DNA from: Fimbriimonadales bacterium
GTDB lineage: Bacteria > Armatimonadota > Fimbriimonadia > Fimbriimonadales > ATM1
DNA: 64,000 bases
Reading direction: 5' to 3'
Assembly (NCBI GenBank): GCA_041744215.1
Contig: JBGTLG010000039.1
Span: 64,001-128,000, forward strand
This document shows, piece by piece, positions 19,193 through 29,734 of this stretch. The notes beneath the pieces are model-generated. The model did no database searches. It had not been told where the DNA came from and saw nothing but the letters and a program-made list of their open reading frames with translations. A program made the position numbers and the translations under genes. Position 1 is the first letter of the stretch. Every line of letters begins with the position of its first letter.

Positions 19193-21091
19193 GTGATCCT
19201 CGCTGTTTCAGGGCTTCGGAAGTTATACGACGTGGACATCGTTCTAGACGGCGCAGACCTTCGTATCGACAACGGAGAGAAAGTCGCACTTGTTGGAAGA
19301 AACGGCTCGGGGAAGACGACGCTGCTCAGGATTGTTGCAGGTCTCGAGGAACCGGACGGAGGTTCGGTGCAGTTTGCCCGTGGAGCGAAGTTTGGGTACT
19401 TACGCCAAGACTCCCCAGTACCGACTTCTGGAAATGTCATTGAGATTGCCGAGGAAGGTCGCAAGCACGCGCTGGAGCTCAAGTCTCGATTGGAGGACTT
19501 GGAGGCGCGATTGTCCCTGAGTCCGAACGATGATGAGCTCGAGGAGTATGCGTTACTCCATGAGCACTTCATCGACGCGCAAGGCTATAGCGCGGAGCGC
19601 GATGTCCGAACGGTGTTGCAGCAGCTGGGGTTCGAAGAATCAGAGTTTGAGAAGTCGACGAGCGCGCTGAGCGGCGGAGAAAGGACGCGACTCGCGCTCG
19701 CAGTCCAGTTACTTGAAGAGCCTGATTTGCTGATACTTGATGAGCCCACAAACCACCTTGATTTGAAAGCGACCGAGTGGCTGGAAGGGTGGCTTCGATC
19801 TTATCGAGGTGCGGTACTGCTCGTTTCCCACGACAGGCGGTTCTTAGAACAAGTGGCCACGCGCTTTGTCGAATTGTGTGATGGCAGAGCAAAGAGCTAC
19901 CCTGGACCCTTCGAAAAGTACGCCCGTCTGCGCCAGGAAGACATTGATCGACAAGCGGCCCTTGCTGCCAAACAGCAAGAGGAGATCAGGCGGCTCGATG
20001 AATTCGTGCGCCGATTCATCAACAGTGAACGCGTTGGCCAGGCGCGCGGTAAGCGGCGCATTCTTAATCGCTTAGTCGCCTCGAAAACAGAGACGCCACG
20101 TCAAGTTCGTTCGATGAAGGGAGTCTTCGGACAAATCGAACGCAGTGGCGATCTCGTTTTCGAGTGTGCAGGACTTGCAAAGTCATTCGGCAGTCAACGG
20201 TTGTTTCGTGAACTGAATTGGACCGTAAGGCGCGGCGAACGGTGGGGCATCATCGGCGAGAATGGCGCCGGGAAGTCGACGCTGATCAAAATTGTCCTTG
20301 GCCTATGCTCGCAAGACGACGGCACTGTGCGCCTCGGTTCGAATGTAACTGCGGGATTCTTTTCGCAGGATGCCTCCGACCTCGATACGGAAATGACGCC
20401 GCTCGAAGTGATGACCTATGACGCTGGAATGCAGATTCCTGCCGCACGTAACCTGCTCGGCAGCTTTCTGTTCAGCGGCGATCAGGTCTTTCAAAAAGTA
20501 GGCACATTGAGTGGAGGAGAGCGCAACAAACTCGCCCTCGCGCGACTTATCGCAATGAATCCTAATCTGCTCGTACTTGACGAGCCCACAAATCACCTCG
20601 ATATGGATTCTCGCCAGGCACTTACGGAGATTCTGAAGACGTTTGAAGGAACTCTGGTACTGGTCTCACACGACCGATGGTTGCTCGAGAACATCACTAC
20701 CCAAACCCTGGATGTGCGTTCCAGCGGGGTGATGCTGTTTCCTGGGTCGTACGCCGACTACAAGAAACGAAACCACTTGGCCGAAGACACAGTTGGGCGA
20801 AGGCAACCATCTGGTAAGGTGCGAGCGTCGTTATCTCCGAGGGAAGTCAGCAAGGAGATAGTGCGCGTCGAAAAGCGAATCCTGGAGTTAGAGTCCTCTA
20901 TTGGCGAGGCGGAAGATCGTCTTCGATCCATCGAAGAGTCCCTTGCGTCGCCGCAGCAGTCTGAAGATATTGGGGCACTTTCTCGCGCACATGGGGAAGC
21001 GAATGGAGCGCTCAACGAACTCCTCGAAGAGTGGGAAGTTGAGAGTCGTACGCTGTCTGATCTGCAATCACTGCAAGGATCGCAACTGTGA
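19193..21091 (+). CDS. ABC-F family ATPase
   Basis: Two NBDs (GRNGSGKT, GENGAGKS; LSGGE x2; LDEPTNHLD x2), no TM, C-terminal coiled coil. Confidence 0.93.
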   Translation: MILAVSGLRKLYDVDIVLDGADLRIDNGEKVALVGRNGSGKTTLLRIVAGLEEPDGGSVQFARGAKFGYLRQDSPVPTSGNVIEIAEEGRKHALELKSRLEDLEARLSLSPNDDELEEYALLHEHFIDAQGYSAERDVRTVLQQLGFEESEFEKSTSALSGGERTRLALAVQLLEEPDLLILDEPTNHLDLKATEWLEGWLRSYRGAVLLVSHDRRFLEQVATRFVELCDGRAKSYPGPFEKYARLRQEDIDRQAALAAKQQEEIRRLDEFVRRFINSERVGQARGKRRILNRLVASKTETPRQVRSMKGVFGQIERSGDLVFECAGLAKSFGSQRLFRELNWTVRRGERWGIIGENGAGKSTLIKIVLGLCSQDDGTVRLGSNVTAGFFSQDASDLDTEMTPLEVMTYDAGMQIPAARNLLGSFLFSGDQVFQKVGTLSGGERNKLALARLIAMNPNLLVLDEPTNHLDMDSRQALTEILKTFEGTLVLVSHDRWLLENITTQTLDVRSSGVMLFPGSYADYKKRNHLAEDTVGRRQPSGKVRASLSPREVSKEIVRVEKRILELESSIGEAEDRLRSIEESLASPQQSEDIGALSRAHGEANGALNELLEEWEVESRTLSDLQSLQGSQL

Positions 21092-21954
21092 CAGTACTGT
21101 CCCCAAGTAGTGCCGAGGAAGCAGCAGAAATGGTCCGTCAGAGCGAACCGATGCGCATCGCGGGTATGGACACCAAGCGTGATTTCGGCTCGCCTGTGCA
21201 CACAACGAAGGTGCTATCGACTCGAGAGATGTCAGGCGTTGTCGATTATTCGCCCGAAGATTTAGTCGTTGTCGCTCGTGCAGGAACGCCAATAGACGAA
21301 TTGCAATCTGTGCTCGGTGAACACAATCAATGGCTTCCTATCCCGACTGTCAACTCCACTCTGGATGTCGTGACATCTGGACTTCCAGGAACAGTCGGCG
21401 GATTGGTTGCAGCCGGATTGCCCACGCGCTGGGACGCACGTACCCGTGGTGTGCGATACTGGGTTCTCGGACTCACGATTGTGCGAGCGAACGGCGACAT
21501 TGCGAAGTGTGGCAGCAAGGCGGTCAAAAACGTTGCAGGCTACGATGCTCAAAAGGTGTACATCGGCGCATGGGGAACACTCGGTCTCATCGTAGAAGTA
21601 GTGCTAAGGGTTTTTTCAAAGCCTGAGAGCTTCGTGGAGCCGGAGGTTCACGCTGTAGGCACCTGGGACGGAGTTCCGCCACTCGCCATCGCTTGCGCGC
21701 CCATATCTCAAGCGGCTTCGTACGCGGCCGAAACTTTTCCACACGCTCACTTTTTGGCGAAAGAAAGCGGATTGATCTGGGCTCCCACTCGCGCCTCCGT
21801 CGAGCCTCCTGAGGGCGGCTGGGCGATGTTTGCCGGCCTCGGCGACCGAAACTGGCTGCCGGCAAAGGCCAACCTTGACTGGATGTGGAATCTGAAGCAA
21901 ACACTGGATCCGGAGAACCTGTTCAACCCTGGAAAACTCAACGGACTGCTATGA
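21088..21954 (+). CDS. glcE: Glycolate oxidase FAD subunit GlcE-like
   Basis: YSPEDLVVVARAGTP, GTVGG, KNVAGYD, GAWGTLG, LDPENLFNPG. Confidence 0.82.
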   Translation: MTVLSPSSAEEAAEMVRQSEPMRIAGMDTKRDFGSPVHTTKVLSTREMSGVVDYSPEDLVVVARAGTPIDELQSVLGEHNQWLPIPTVNSTLDVVTSGLPGTVGGLVAAGLPTRWDARTRGVRYWVLGLTIVRANGDIAKCGSKAVKNVAGYDAQKVYIGAWGTLGLIVEVVLRVFSKPESFVEPEVHAVGTWDGVPPLAIACAPISQAASYAAETFPHAHFLAKESGLIWAPTRASVEPPEGGWAMFAGLGDRNWLPAKANLDWMWNLKQTLDPENLFNPGKLNGLL

Positions 21955-23174
21955 TCCCCGAACTCCACGAGCAAACAATCAAATGCATTCGGTGCGGTTT
22001 CTGCTTGGAAGCGTGTCCGACCTTCGTTCTAACCGGGCGGGAAACGGAGTCGCCGCGTGGCCGAATCTACTTAGTGAGGAGCGCTGTCGAAGGTCAACTC
22101 GCGTGGTCGGAAGAAGTGCAGGAACATTTGGATACATGCCTTGGTTGCCGGGCATGCGAACCCGCTTGTCCTAGCGGTGTTCAGTACGGATCGATTCTTG
22201 AAATGGCGCGTGCAAAACTCGAAGCTAAGAAGCTGCGGCCGTGGAGAGAACGCTGGGCTCGAAGCGTTCTTATCAGATCATTGATGCGACCTACGCGACT
22301 TCGTGTACAGACCGCTTTCGCCCGCATGTTCGGCATCACCGAGATTCCCTCTTTACTATCGCGCCAGCTTTCAACTGACACTCAGGAGGCCCGACTACCG
22401 GTACCTGAACGTTCAAAATGGCCAAAGGCAGCCTATCCGGTACCGACTCGCCGTGTTTACTTTCTTCAAGGCTGCGCGATGCGCTCACTTTTCTCAACTA
22501 CTAACGGCGCAACAATTGATCTGTTACGCAGACATGGATGTGAAGTCGTGATGTCGAGCGTATCGAGCTGCTGCGGCGCACTAGCAACGCACCTCGGTCA
22601 GGCCGCAGATGGACAAACCCACGCGCGCAAACTCATCGACGCGATGCCAGAAGAGATCCCAATCGTCACAAATTCTGCTGGGTGTGGCAGCGCAATGAAG
22701 GAGTACCCACATCTCCTTGGATCGGTCGATATGTATCGAGAGAAGGCGGCTCGATTCGCATCAAGAGTCAAAGATATTTGCGAATTCCTGCACGAATGCG
22801 GATTCTCGCCACCTGCTCACTCGCGACCCCTCAGAGTAGCGTATCACGATGCCTGCCACCTCGCCCACGGTCAAGGCATTCGAACTCAACCGAGAGAGCT
22901 TCTTGCGTCCTTACCCGGAGTTAATCTGGTTGAGATTGAAGAATCAGACCGCTGCTGTGGTAGCGCCGGAGTTTACAACCTAACACAACCCAAGCTTGCC
23001 CGAGAATTGCTGGAGCGAAAATGGAAGTTCATCGAGGCCGCAAATCCAGACGTCATTGCTACAGGGAATCCCGGATGCCTTGCGTGGATTGCGCAGGCGG
23101 CAGAAGAAAAAAAGTCAAAGATCCGTGTTGCACATACCGCTGTTGTGCTCGCAGAATCATTTCTACAATCCTAG
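21951..23174 (+). CDS. glcF: Glycolate oxidase Fe-S subunit GlcF-like
   Basis: CIRCGFCLEACPT, SPRGRI, CLGCRACEPACPSG, two CCG domains, YHDACH. Confidence 0.88.
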   Translation: MIPELHEQTIKCIRCGFCLEACPTFVLTGRETESPRGRIYLVRSAVEGQLAWSEEVQEHLDTCLGCRACEPACPSGVQYGSILEMARAKLEAKKLRPWRERWARSVLIRSLMRPTRLRVQTAFARMFGITEIPSLLSRQLSTDTQEARLPVPERSKWPKAAYPVPTRRVYFLQGCAMRSLFSTTNGATIDLLRRHGCEVVMSSVSSCCGALATHLGQAADGQTHARKLIDAMPEEIPIVTNSAGCGSAMKEYPHLLGSVDMYREKAARFASRVKDICEFLHECGFSPPAHSRPLRVAYHDACHLAHGQGIRTQPRELLASLPGVNLVEIEESDRCCGSAGVYNLTQPKLARELLERKWKFIEAANPDVIATGNPGCLAWIAQAAEEKKSKIRVAHTAVVLAESFLQS

Positions 23175-23178
23175 CCGT

Positions 23179-23436
23179 TTAGCCCTTTTTTTCATCGGAT
23201 AGTCTGCGGCCCTCGATTGCGTTCTTCTCGATGTAGTCCTTCCATTGGCTGGGTACGTCAGTGTCGACGAAAATTGCGGTAACCGGACACTCAGGCTCAC
23301 ACAAGCCGCAATCAATGCACTCATCAGGGTTGATGAAAAGCATGTCCTCACCTTCATAAATGCAGTCTACGGGACAAACCGTCACACAAGACTTGTCCTT
23401 CACTCCGATGCAGGGCTCTGTTATGATGTAGGGCAT
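23179..23436 (-). CDS. Dicluster (7Fe-type) ferredoxin
   Basis: [18 protein letters not shown] and [12 protein letters not shown]. Confidence 0.92.
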   Translation of the reverse strand: MPYIITEPCIGVKDKSCVTVCPVDCIYEGEDMLFINPDECIDCGLCEPECPVTAIFVDTDVPSQWKDYIEKNAIEGRRLSDEKKG

Positions 23437-23514
23437 GGGTTTTGGCAGGTCGACAGGCGTCGACGACGCACGGAATGTACCCGAAAGCCCGCAGTCCGGG
23501 GTAGATTGCGTCGC

Positions 23515-24486
23515 ATGATGCGAGCGGGTGTCTTGGGTTCTGGCAGCTGGGGGACAGCCCTCGCCGTCCTTCTCGCGCGGAATGGGGTGGAAGTCAAACT
23601 TTGGGGTCGAGACTCCGACGAGGTCGCTTCCATGCAGGCCGAGCGCGAGAACATAAGATACCTACCCGGCATTGAATTGCCGCCAGAAGTCACCGTTTGC
23701 TCTCAGCCGCCGGCAGACTGTACTTTCTATGTCCTCGCAGTCCCAAGTGGTGCCCTTCGGGAAGTCTGCGCCTTACTCCCGACAGACTCGACGGTCATCG
23801 TGGCGTCAAAAGGGCTCGAACCTGGGACGTCAATGAGGATGAGCGAGGTTTTGAAAGAGTCATGTCCGAGCTCCCAGGTCGCCGCGCTGAGCGGTCCAAA
23901 CTTGGCCGTTGAAATAGCACGCGGGATCCCGACCGCGACGGTAATCGCATCACAGTCACCAGAAACCGCGGATTGGCTCCGAGAAAGATTCATGTGCCGA
24001 ACGTTCCGCGTCTACACGAGCACCGACATTGTGGGCGTTGAGTTCGGTGGCGCACTAAAAAATGTCCTTGCAATCGGAGCGGGGATGAGCGATGGACTCG
24101 GTTTTGGTGACAACACTAAAGCCGCGCTTCTTGCTAGGGGGCTTCGCGAAATGTCTGCCTTAGGTGCATCGTATGGAGCAAACCCGGAAACATTCCTGGG
24201 ACTAAGCGGTGTCGGCGATCTGATCGCAACCGCAGTTAGCAAACTCAGCAGAAACTATAGGGTGGGCAGCTTACTTGGAAGCGGGGTTTCACTTGACTTG
24301 GCATTGCATGACATCGGACAGGTCGCAGAGGGAGTGCCTACCAGTCAAGCAGCAGTCGCGTTGGCAGACAAAGCAAGAATTGACGTTCCCCTCATGCATG
24401 CGATACTGCGCGTCATACGCGGAGAGCGAAAGCCGCTCGAAGCGGTGTCCGAGCTTATGGAGCGCTCTCCTCGCATGGAGTTTTAG
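23515..24486 (+). CDS. gpsA: NAD(P)H-dependent glycerol-3-phosphate dehydrogenase
   Basis: [39 protein letters not shown]. Confidence 0.95.
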   Translation: MMRAGVLGSGSWGTALAVLLARNGVEVKLWGRDSDEVASMQAERENIRYLPGIELPPEVTVCSQPPADCTFYVLAVPSGALREVCALLPTDSTVIVASKGLEPGTSMRMSEVLKESCPSSQVAALSGPNLAVEIARGIPTATVIASQSPETADWLRERFMCRTFRVYTSTDIVGVEFGGALKNVLAIGAGMSDGLGFGDNTKAALLARGLREMSALGASYGANPETFLGLSGVGDLIATAVSKLSRNYRVGSLLGSGVSLDLALHDIGQVAEGVPTSQAAVALADKARIDVPLMHAILRVIRGERKPLEAVSELMERSPRMEF

Positions 24487-27122
24487 CGCGGCGGATCCGT
24501 TTCGCGCACCTCGATTCCGGCCAATCGACCGCCACCTTCTGACTTGTTTGTGATACGAATAAACCTCGCAAACTGAGGACGCGCGCGCAGCGCAACTGTG
24601 ATTCGCTGATGATCCTTTGGATCAACATCCCGCTTCGTCATGAGTGACTGTCGCCAATTCAACTCACGAGTATAGAGTCTTGCCTCTTCGATGCGCTGCC
24701 CGGTGCTATAGACCGTTATGTCAAATGAGTTCCACATCGCGTTCGCGTCACCACGAAGAACGAAGCGAATCTCGCCGATCGGCCTGTCACGACCAAGATC
24801 GACTTCGAACCAATCTCCCTTGCCGCCTCCCAACTCGTAAGAGGTCTCCGGAGATCCGTCTACCAGGGCACGAACAACTTCCAGACCGGAATTGCGGCTG
24901 TCCGTCACGACACGATTCAACGCGAGATTCCCGAACTTGATGGGTCTTGAAGTGACATTGAACTCCAAGTTGTGTACGTAGGCGCCACTCTTAGAGCCTC
25001 TGAAGTATGCATCGACTAGCTGCCACGCCTTCAACCATGCCCACTCGGTTTGTCCGTTGGTGTCCATCCGAACAAGAAAGACTCCGTTAGTGCCAACGAC
25101 ATCAAGGCGACCAAAGGGGTTGGGCGAAAGCTTATGGCCAGTCAATGTTGTGAAAGGCTCCTCCAGGCCCGTAGCGCGGTTGGGCAGAATTGCACTTCCG
25201 CCTGAGATTTCCAATTGGAATGCAGGAGGATCGTTTTGGATCGCCCCGTTTCGCATTTGGTAGAAGGAAAGAGTGCCGGAGGTGATCGCTTGTCCGTGGG
25301 CATCCGTCGCTGTGATAAGGACTAGCGGCGGCATTGAGTACATAAACTCGCCATAAAATCCACGCCGGAAGCCGAGATTGGAGTCCAGTGCTGCAATGTC
25401 GGTCAGCGCGTAGAGATCAGTCGGTTCAAACAGCGGACTTCGATAGAGCGCACTATCCAGATCTCGCTGCGGGATCGGCAGCTGCGAAGGGATATGCGTT
25501 TCATTCCTCGTGTCGCCACCTCCCATTAGCCCACCGAAAGGATCAAACTTTCCACGAGTGACGACGCTATCATTCCAAACAAGCTTCACCTTTCCGCCTT
25601 CTCCATTAGGAAGACTTGGGTCGACATTCATCCAATACAGGTCAATAAGCCCAACTTGATGGCTCATCTCATGAATCAGCGCTCGATCCGCGATCTTGCG
25701 AACAGCATCAACGTACCCTTGTGCATCGCCAAAGCTTCCGTCAAATCCCCATTCCCCGTCGTAAATCAACGTCGGGGTGTCATTGGGAATGTGGGCTCCA
25801 CCTTTTAGTGTCCCGTCTGGGACGATCGTGATTCGCCCGACTCTAATCCTTTCGCGGCTACCATCTTGGGCGAAGCTAAACCGACTATGTTTTAGAAAAA
25901 CGTCGTTCCAGATTCGGAATTGCCACTGGATCCAGTCTTCGAAGCTGCGTGTCCCAGCGCCATTCAGCTCTTTAGCAAACATCGCGTAAAAGCTTTCGTC
26001 AACCCAGATGCCGATGTTGAGCGCGTTGGCCTGAATCTCAAGGTAGTTGTTCCCCGCAAAGGCGTCAACCTTTGGTTGAATCAAGAACCCGATTGGTTGA
26101 GTGCGATGATCTGCATGATCGTTCTTGAACTTTGTCGAGAACGTGAGCTTAGTGGTCTGTCCTGGCTCCAGTGTCGACCCGTGATCGCCCTTTTGGCGGA
26201 GCTCATTTGAGATGTGCCATTCAAAAGCGAAGCCGTCCGACCGCTCTGTTCCAACGTTCTTGACGACCGCAGTATAAGTGACATCCTCGCCATCCTGTGG
26301 CCACTTCTGCGTCTCTGCTCTGCCCGGCTGCATCATGACGCCGGATTCATGTCCGTCAACAAGCTGACGTACGTAAGCATCCCCTCGATTGTCATATCGT
26401 TCGTATTCTGGAGTTCGCTCAATGGATACTACGCTCAGATCCGGTCCCGTGCGTTCCGATCCAATCTCGTATGTGATCTGCAATTGTGGTCGACCGGATC
26501 CGGACTGGGCCGAGGAAAAAGTTACATCGATTTCCGCATCTATCGACCATCCATGGTTTGAGTACCACCTGTCATAAAAGTCCTGCACGTCCTTTTCTAA
26601 GCCCTCAAATGTCAGCTCCGTAGAATCCGCAGACACTGATGCTGTTGATGACGGCGTAGTTGCAACATGCTGACTTCCACCATTAGACCAGCGCTTCGCA
26701 CGGGAGTCGCTTGCATAGTATTGATAGTTCCAAGAGGTACTCCAATCGGGCGGAATCGGCTGGTTTTCGCCGGCACCAGCTCCTTCGTGCCACGCGCTAC
26801 CGAATCGAGACAGTCGGATTTGACCGCTACCCGCAGCATTCTCAACACGCATCACTAGCTTCGCCGAGAGGACTTTCGCATTCGGAGGAAGCGCACGTCG
26901 CAAATCGGCAAACCGGATCAGGCTGCGTTTCCCTCTGCCCACACTAAGAACTCCTCCCTGACCACTAGAACGCTCCGGGTGGTCCCTCAGCAAAGTCGTG
27001 TCTTCGGCCGCCCAGTAGCGAGTTTGAGGATCATTTGCGAGGGCTGAACCTCGATGCAACGCAACGCTCTGAGGCGCGCCAGACGCGAAAATGGTCACGA
27101 GAACGAGCGTGGAGACGATCAT
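24483..27122 (-). CDS. Secreted multidomain protein: DNRLRE-like, CARDB-like, HExxH metallopeptidase, F5/8-C-like
   Basis: EDTTL...RSLIRF...SAKL; PDLSV...VKNVG; HEMSHQVGLIDLY; NLALNR...WFEVDLG. Confidence 0.75.
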   Translation of the reverse strand: MIVSTLVLVTIFASGAPQSVALHRGSALANDPQTRYWAAEDTTLLRDHPERSSGQGGVLSVGRGKRSLIRFADLRRALPPNAKVLSAKLVMRVENAAGSGQIRLSRFGSAWHEGAGAGENQPIPPDWSTSWNYQYYASDSRAKRWSNGGSQHVATTPSSTASVSADSTELTFEGLEKDVQDFYDRWYSNHGWSIDAEIDVTFSSAQSGSGRPQLQITYEIGSERTGPDLSVVSIERTPEYERYDNRGDAYVRQLVDGHESGVMMQPGRAETQKWPQDGEDVTYTAVVKNVGTERSDGFAFEWHISNELRQKGDHGSTLEPGQTTKLTFSTKFKNDHADHRTQPIGFLIQPKVDAFAGNNYLEIQANALNIGIWVDESFYAMFAKELNGAGTRSFEDWIQWQFRIWNDVFLKHSRFSFAQDGSRERIRVGRITIVPDGTLKGGAHIPNDTPTLIYDGEWGFDGSFGDAQGYVDAVRKIADRALIHEMSHQVGLIDLYWMNVDPSLPNGEGGKVKLVWNDSVVTRGKFDPFGGLMGGGDTRNETHIPSQLPIPQRDLDSALYRSPLFEPTDLYALTDIAALDSNLGFRRGFYGEFMYSMPPLVLITATDAHGQAITSGTLSFYQMRNGAIQNDPPAFQLEISGGSAILPNRATGLEEPFTTLTGHKLSPNPFGRLDVVGTNGVFLVRMDTNGQTEWAWLKAWQLVDAYFRGSKSGAYVHNLEFNVTSRPIKFGNLALNRVVTDSRNSGLEVVRALVDGSPETSYELGGGKGDWFEVDLGRDRPIGEIRFVLRGDANAMWNSFDITVYSTGQRIEEARLYTRELNWRQSLMTKRDVDPKDHQRITVALRARPQFARFIRITNKSEGGGRLAGIEVRETDPPR

Positions 27123-27167
27123 GCTTCCCTTCCTTTGTTCACCTTGCAGGGCACAGCCCTGCCTGGA

Positions 27168-28448
27168 TCAGCTTCCCAGTTTGTCAATTATCAGCTCCGC
27201 AGCCTTTTGCAATTGATTATCTTTCTCGGGGTCGCCGGGCGTAACCCCACGATCCAGTTTGACTTCGACTGCGGGTTTGATGCCGCCCTGCGAGTACTCG
27301 CCGCGTTCATCTTCCACACGCTGGATCAAATCTCCGTTGGGAAGATAGTAGCGCGCAATGGTGACTTTCGCCTGGGCGCCGTCGACCAATGCGACCACAT
27401 TTTGCACGGCAGCTTTGCCGTAGGTGTGCTCACCAACAATTGTGGCAATGCGATAGTCTCGCAACGCTCCCGCGAATATCTCCGCTGCACTCGCTGTCGA
27501 TTCATCTACGAGGATGACAATCGGATAAGGCTTGCGTTGAGCAAGTCCGTTTCGTGCGAAGTACTTTTCAGGCTGTCCCGTCTTGCGTCTCATGCTGACG
27601 ATCAGACGTCCATCCACAAATCGCGAAGCCATGTCGATTGCTGCGCCCATCAATCCACCTGGGTTTCCCCGTAGGTCGATAATCAATCCTCGGATGCCTT
27701 GCTTCTCCAACGCCAATAACTCTTCGTCGAACTGCTCGACGATAGTCTCGCTGTACGACCGAACTTCTAACCTTCCAATTGGCGGCTTACCGCGAACGTA
27801 CGCGCCGGATAGCACCTCTCCGTACACATCTTGGATCTGCACCTTCTGGCGCGTCAAGACTTTGTCGAACGTTTCCTTTGTCGCTGTTCGATAGATTGAT
27901 AAGCGAACCGATGTCCCTTCATCTCCCCGGATCTCGGTTACCACATCTTCGATCGGGAGTCCCATGATCTCCTTCCCGCCAACGGCGACAATAATGTCAT
28001 CGGGTCGTAACAGCGATCGAGAAGCGGGACCGTTTTTGAAGACTCGCCTGATACGTGCGCCCATTGGGTCGGGACTCAATTCTGCGCCAATCCCCCCACT
28101 GCCAACAAACTTGCCGCGACTTCGCTCATCAAAGCGCTTTGCTTCCTCCGGCGGCATGATCGCAGTGTAAGGGTCTTTGAGCGAGTCCATCATGCCTTGG
28201 ATCGCAACGTAGGTCACCTCCTGGCGATCAACTTCCCCCCTGTACTTCAGCTCCAGGTTTGCGAGAACCTGAACGAAAGTCCTCGTTGCAGTAAGTTCGC
28301 TCTTGGGTTCGGAACGAAGTCCCAGCGCGGCAGGAATCGTTTTGAGATTTGGCGAGTCTCCTGCCAACACATCGCGCAGGGCATAACCTCCAACGAATGT
28401 TACGACAAAGATGCCGATGCAAACAACGACTTTAGTGAACGCGTGCAT
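27168..28448 (-). CDS. Carboxy-terminal processing protease (S41A, CtpA-like)
   Basis: DPYT, GIGA PDZ, DLRGNPGG, TASAAE (Ser), TYGK (Lys). Confidence 0.92.
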   Translation of the reverse strand: MHAFTKVVVCIGIFVVTFVGGYALRDVLAGDSPNLKTIPAALGLRSEPKSELTATRTFVQVLANLELKYRGEVDRQEVTYVAIQGMMDSLKDPYTAIMPPEEAKRFDERSRGKFVGSGGIGAELSPDPMGARIRRVFKNGPASRSLLRPDDIIVAVGGKEIMGLPIEDVVTEIRGDEGTSVRLSIYRTATKETFDKVLTRQKVQIQDVYGEVLSGAYVRGKPPIGRLEVRSYSETIVEQFDEELLALEKQGIRGLIIDLRGNPGGLMGAAIDMASRFVDGRLIVSMRRKTGQPEKYFARNGLAQRKPYPIVILVDESTASAAEIFAGALRDYRIATIVGEHTYGKAAVQNVVALVDGAQAKVTIARYYLPNGDLIQRVEDERGEYSQGGIKPAVEVKLDRGVTPGDPEKDNQLQKAAELIIDKLGS

Positions 28449-29731
28449 CAGTTGCCGCCCTCCTGATTACTAGGGCTACTGCCAGAAACCAAGCGCTCAA
28501 CCAGCAGGCTCGTCCCCTGCAAGTCGACAAAGTGACCGCGCGTCAGCGTGTAGCCACTGCCGTCAGCAAGCGTGTAGTGATCGGACAGGAAGCCAAGCTG
28601 AGCAGTTGGACCTCCGACTAGCTTTGCATTCGCCCTATCTCTAAGCGCGACTGCGAAGAGTTCAGCTTCGCGCGCCGTCCCTTCATTTACCAAGACGATG
28701 ATGTTCAACCTGTGCTTTGCTCCACTTTTCAGCAGCAAGGGGACCGCGGGGCTGCCGCGCTTGGTTACGATCCTCGCATACTCGCCTTGTGGGATCAATT
28801 GGGCTAGGCAGTTCTCCATTATCTCAAATGATCCGCCAGGGTTGTTCCGCAAATCAACCGTTACATCACCTGAGGTCGACAGGACGTCCGACATCCTCGT
28901 GTCCACTCCGCGACCGAAGGTTCGGATACGGATAATGTCGGCGTCCTTCTCAACTAAATCAAAGCTGCCACTCGCCAGCGTGACGGTGATAGTGACTGGC
29001 ACCCCTTTGCGCAGGACCATTATGTTAACTGGCTCACGACTTGATACCTGAACACGCTCAAGCGCGTCGTTGATAGAAATCGCGCCGAGTGATTTTTCAC
29101 GCAGCCGTTCAAACTCTATTTGATACTCTTCATCGGTGATCTCGCCCTTTTGTCGCTTCTCGCTCGCAATGGCAAGGTCGTTCAGAAGTGACCTGCTCGC
29201 AACCCAGTTCCCGTTAACCTCCTCGATGACATCTCCGGGAAGAAGTCCTGCCTTGTGGCCGGGCCCAGAATCGAATACTGAAACGACGGTTAGAGGTAGT
29301 TCAGTATTCGAGCCCTCTCCCTTCCAGATGATCGCGAGATCTGCGCCAAGCCCCTCATACTTGCCCTCAAGCTGGTCGCGATAACGTCGCCATTCGACCG
29401 GCGAGTAAAAGCGGGTGCCTGGGTCGCGGAGAGACTGGAGCATACTGCTCACCGCTCCATGTGCCAACGGTGTTTCGTCTCGAATCGGGTCGACGAATTG
29501 TTCCTTTAGTATCTCGAGGACGTTATCGAAGTATTCCCCAGCGGACCTTCCGCCCATCGGTCGTGAACCGTCATCTCGAATCGGGGCGGGGTTCGTCGCA
29601 TAAATGCGTTCGAGCTCGGGGAATCCTCGCTTAGCGTCGTAGGAAGTACGGGTGAAATGGCCCAGAGAGACGCCTACAACCGCAAGCCCCACGGCGCCAA
29701 CCGACCATATCCACCTTCCGTTCAGCTTCAT
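28448..29731 (-). CDS. S41 peptidase homologue lacking catalytic Ser/Lys
   Basis: LRDPGT, YEGLGA PDZ, DLRNNPGG, but TAREAE and TAQL. Confidence 0.82.
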   Translation of the reverse strand: MKLNGRWIWSVGAVGLAVVGVSLGHFTRTSYDAKRGFPELERIYATNPAPIRDDGSRPMGGRSAGEYFDNVLEILKEQFVDPIRDETPLAHGAVSSMLQSLRDPGTRFYSPVEWRRYRDQLEGKYEGLGADLAIIWKGEGSNTELPLTVVSVFDSGPGHKAGLLPGDVIEEVNGNWVASRSLLNDLAIASEKRQKGEITDEEYQIEFERLREKSLGAISINDALERVQVSSREPVNIMVLRKGVPVTITVTLASGSFDLVEKDADIIRIRTFGRGVDTRMSDVLSTSGDVTVDLRNNPGGSFEIMENCLAQLIPQGEYARIVTKRGSPAVPLLLKSGAKHRLNIIVLVNEGTAREAELFAVALRDRANAKLVGGPTAQLGFLSDHYTLADGSGYTLTRGHFVDLQGTSLLVERLVSGSSPSNQEGGN

Positions 29732-29734
29732 TTA

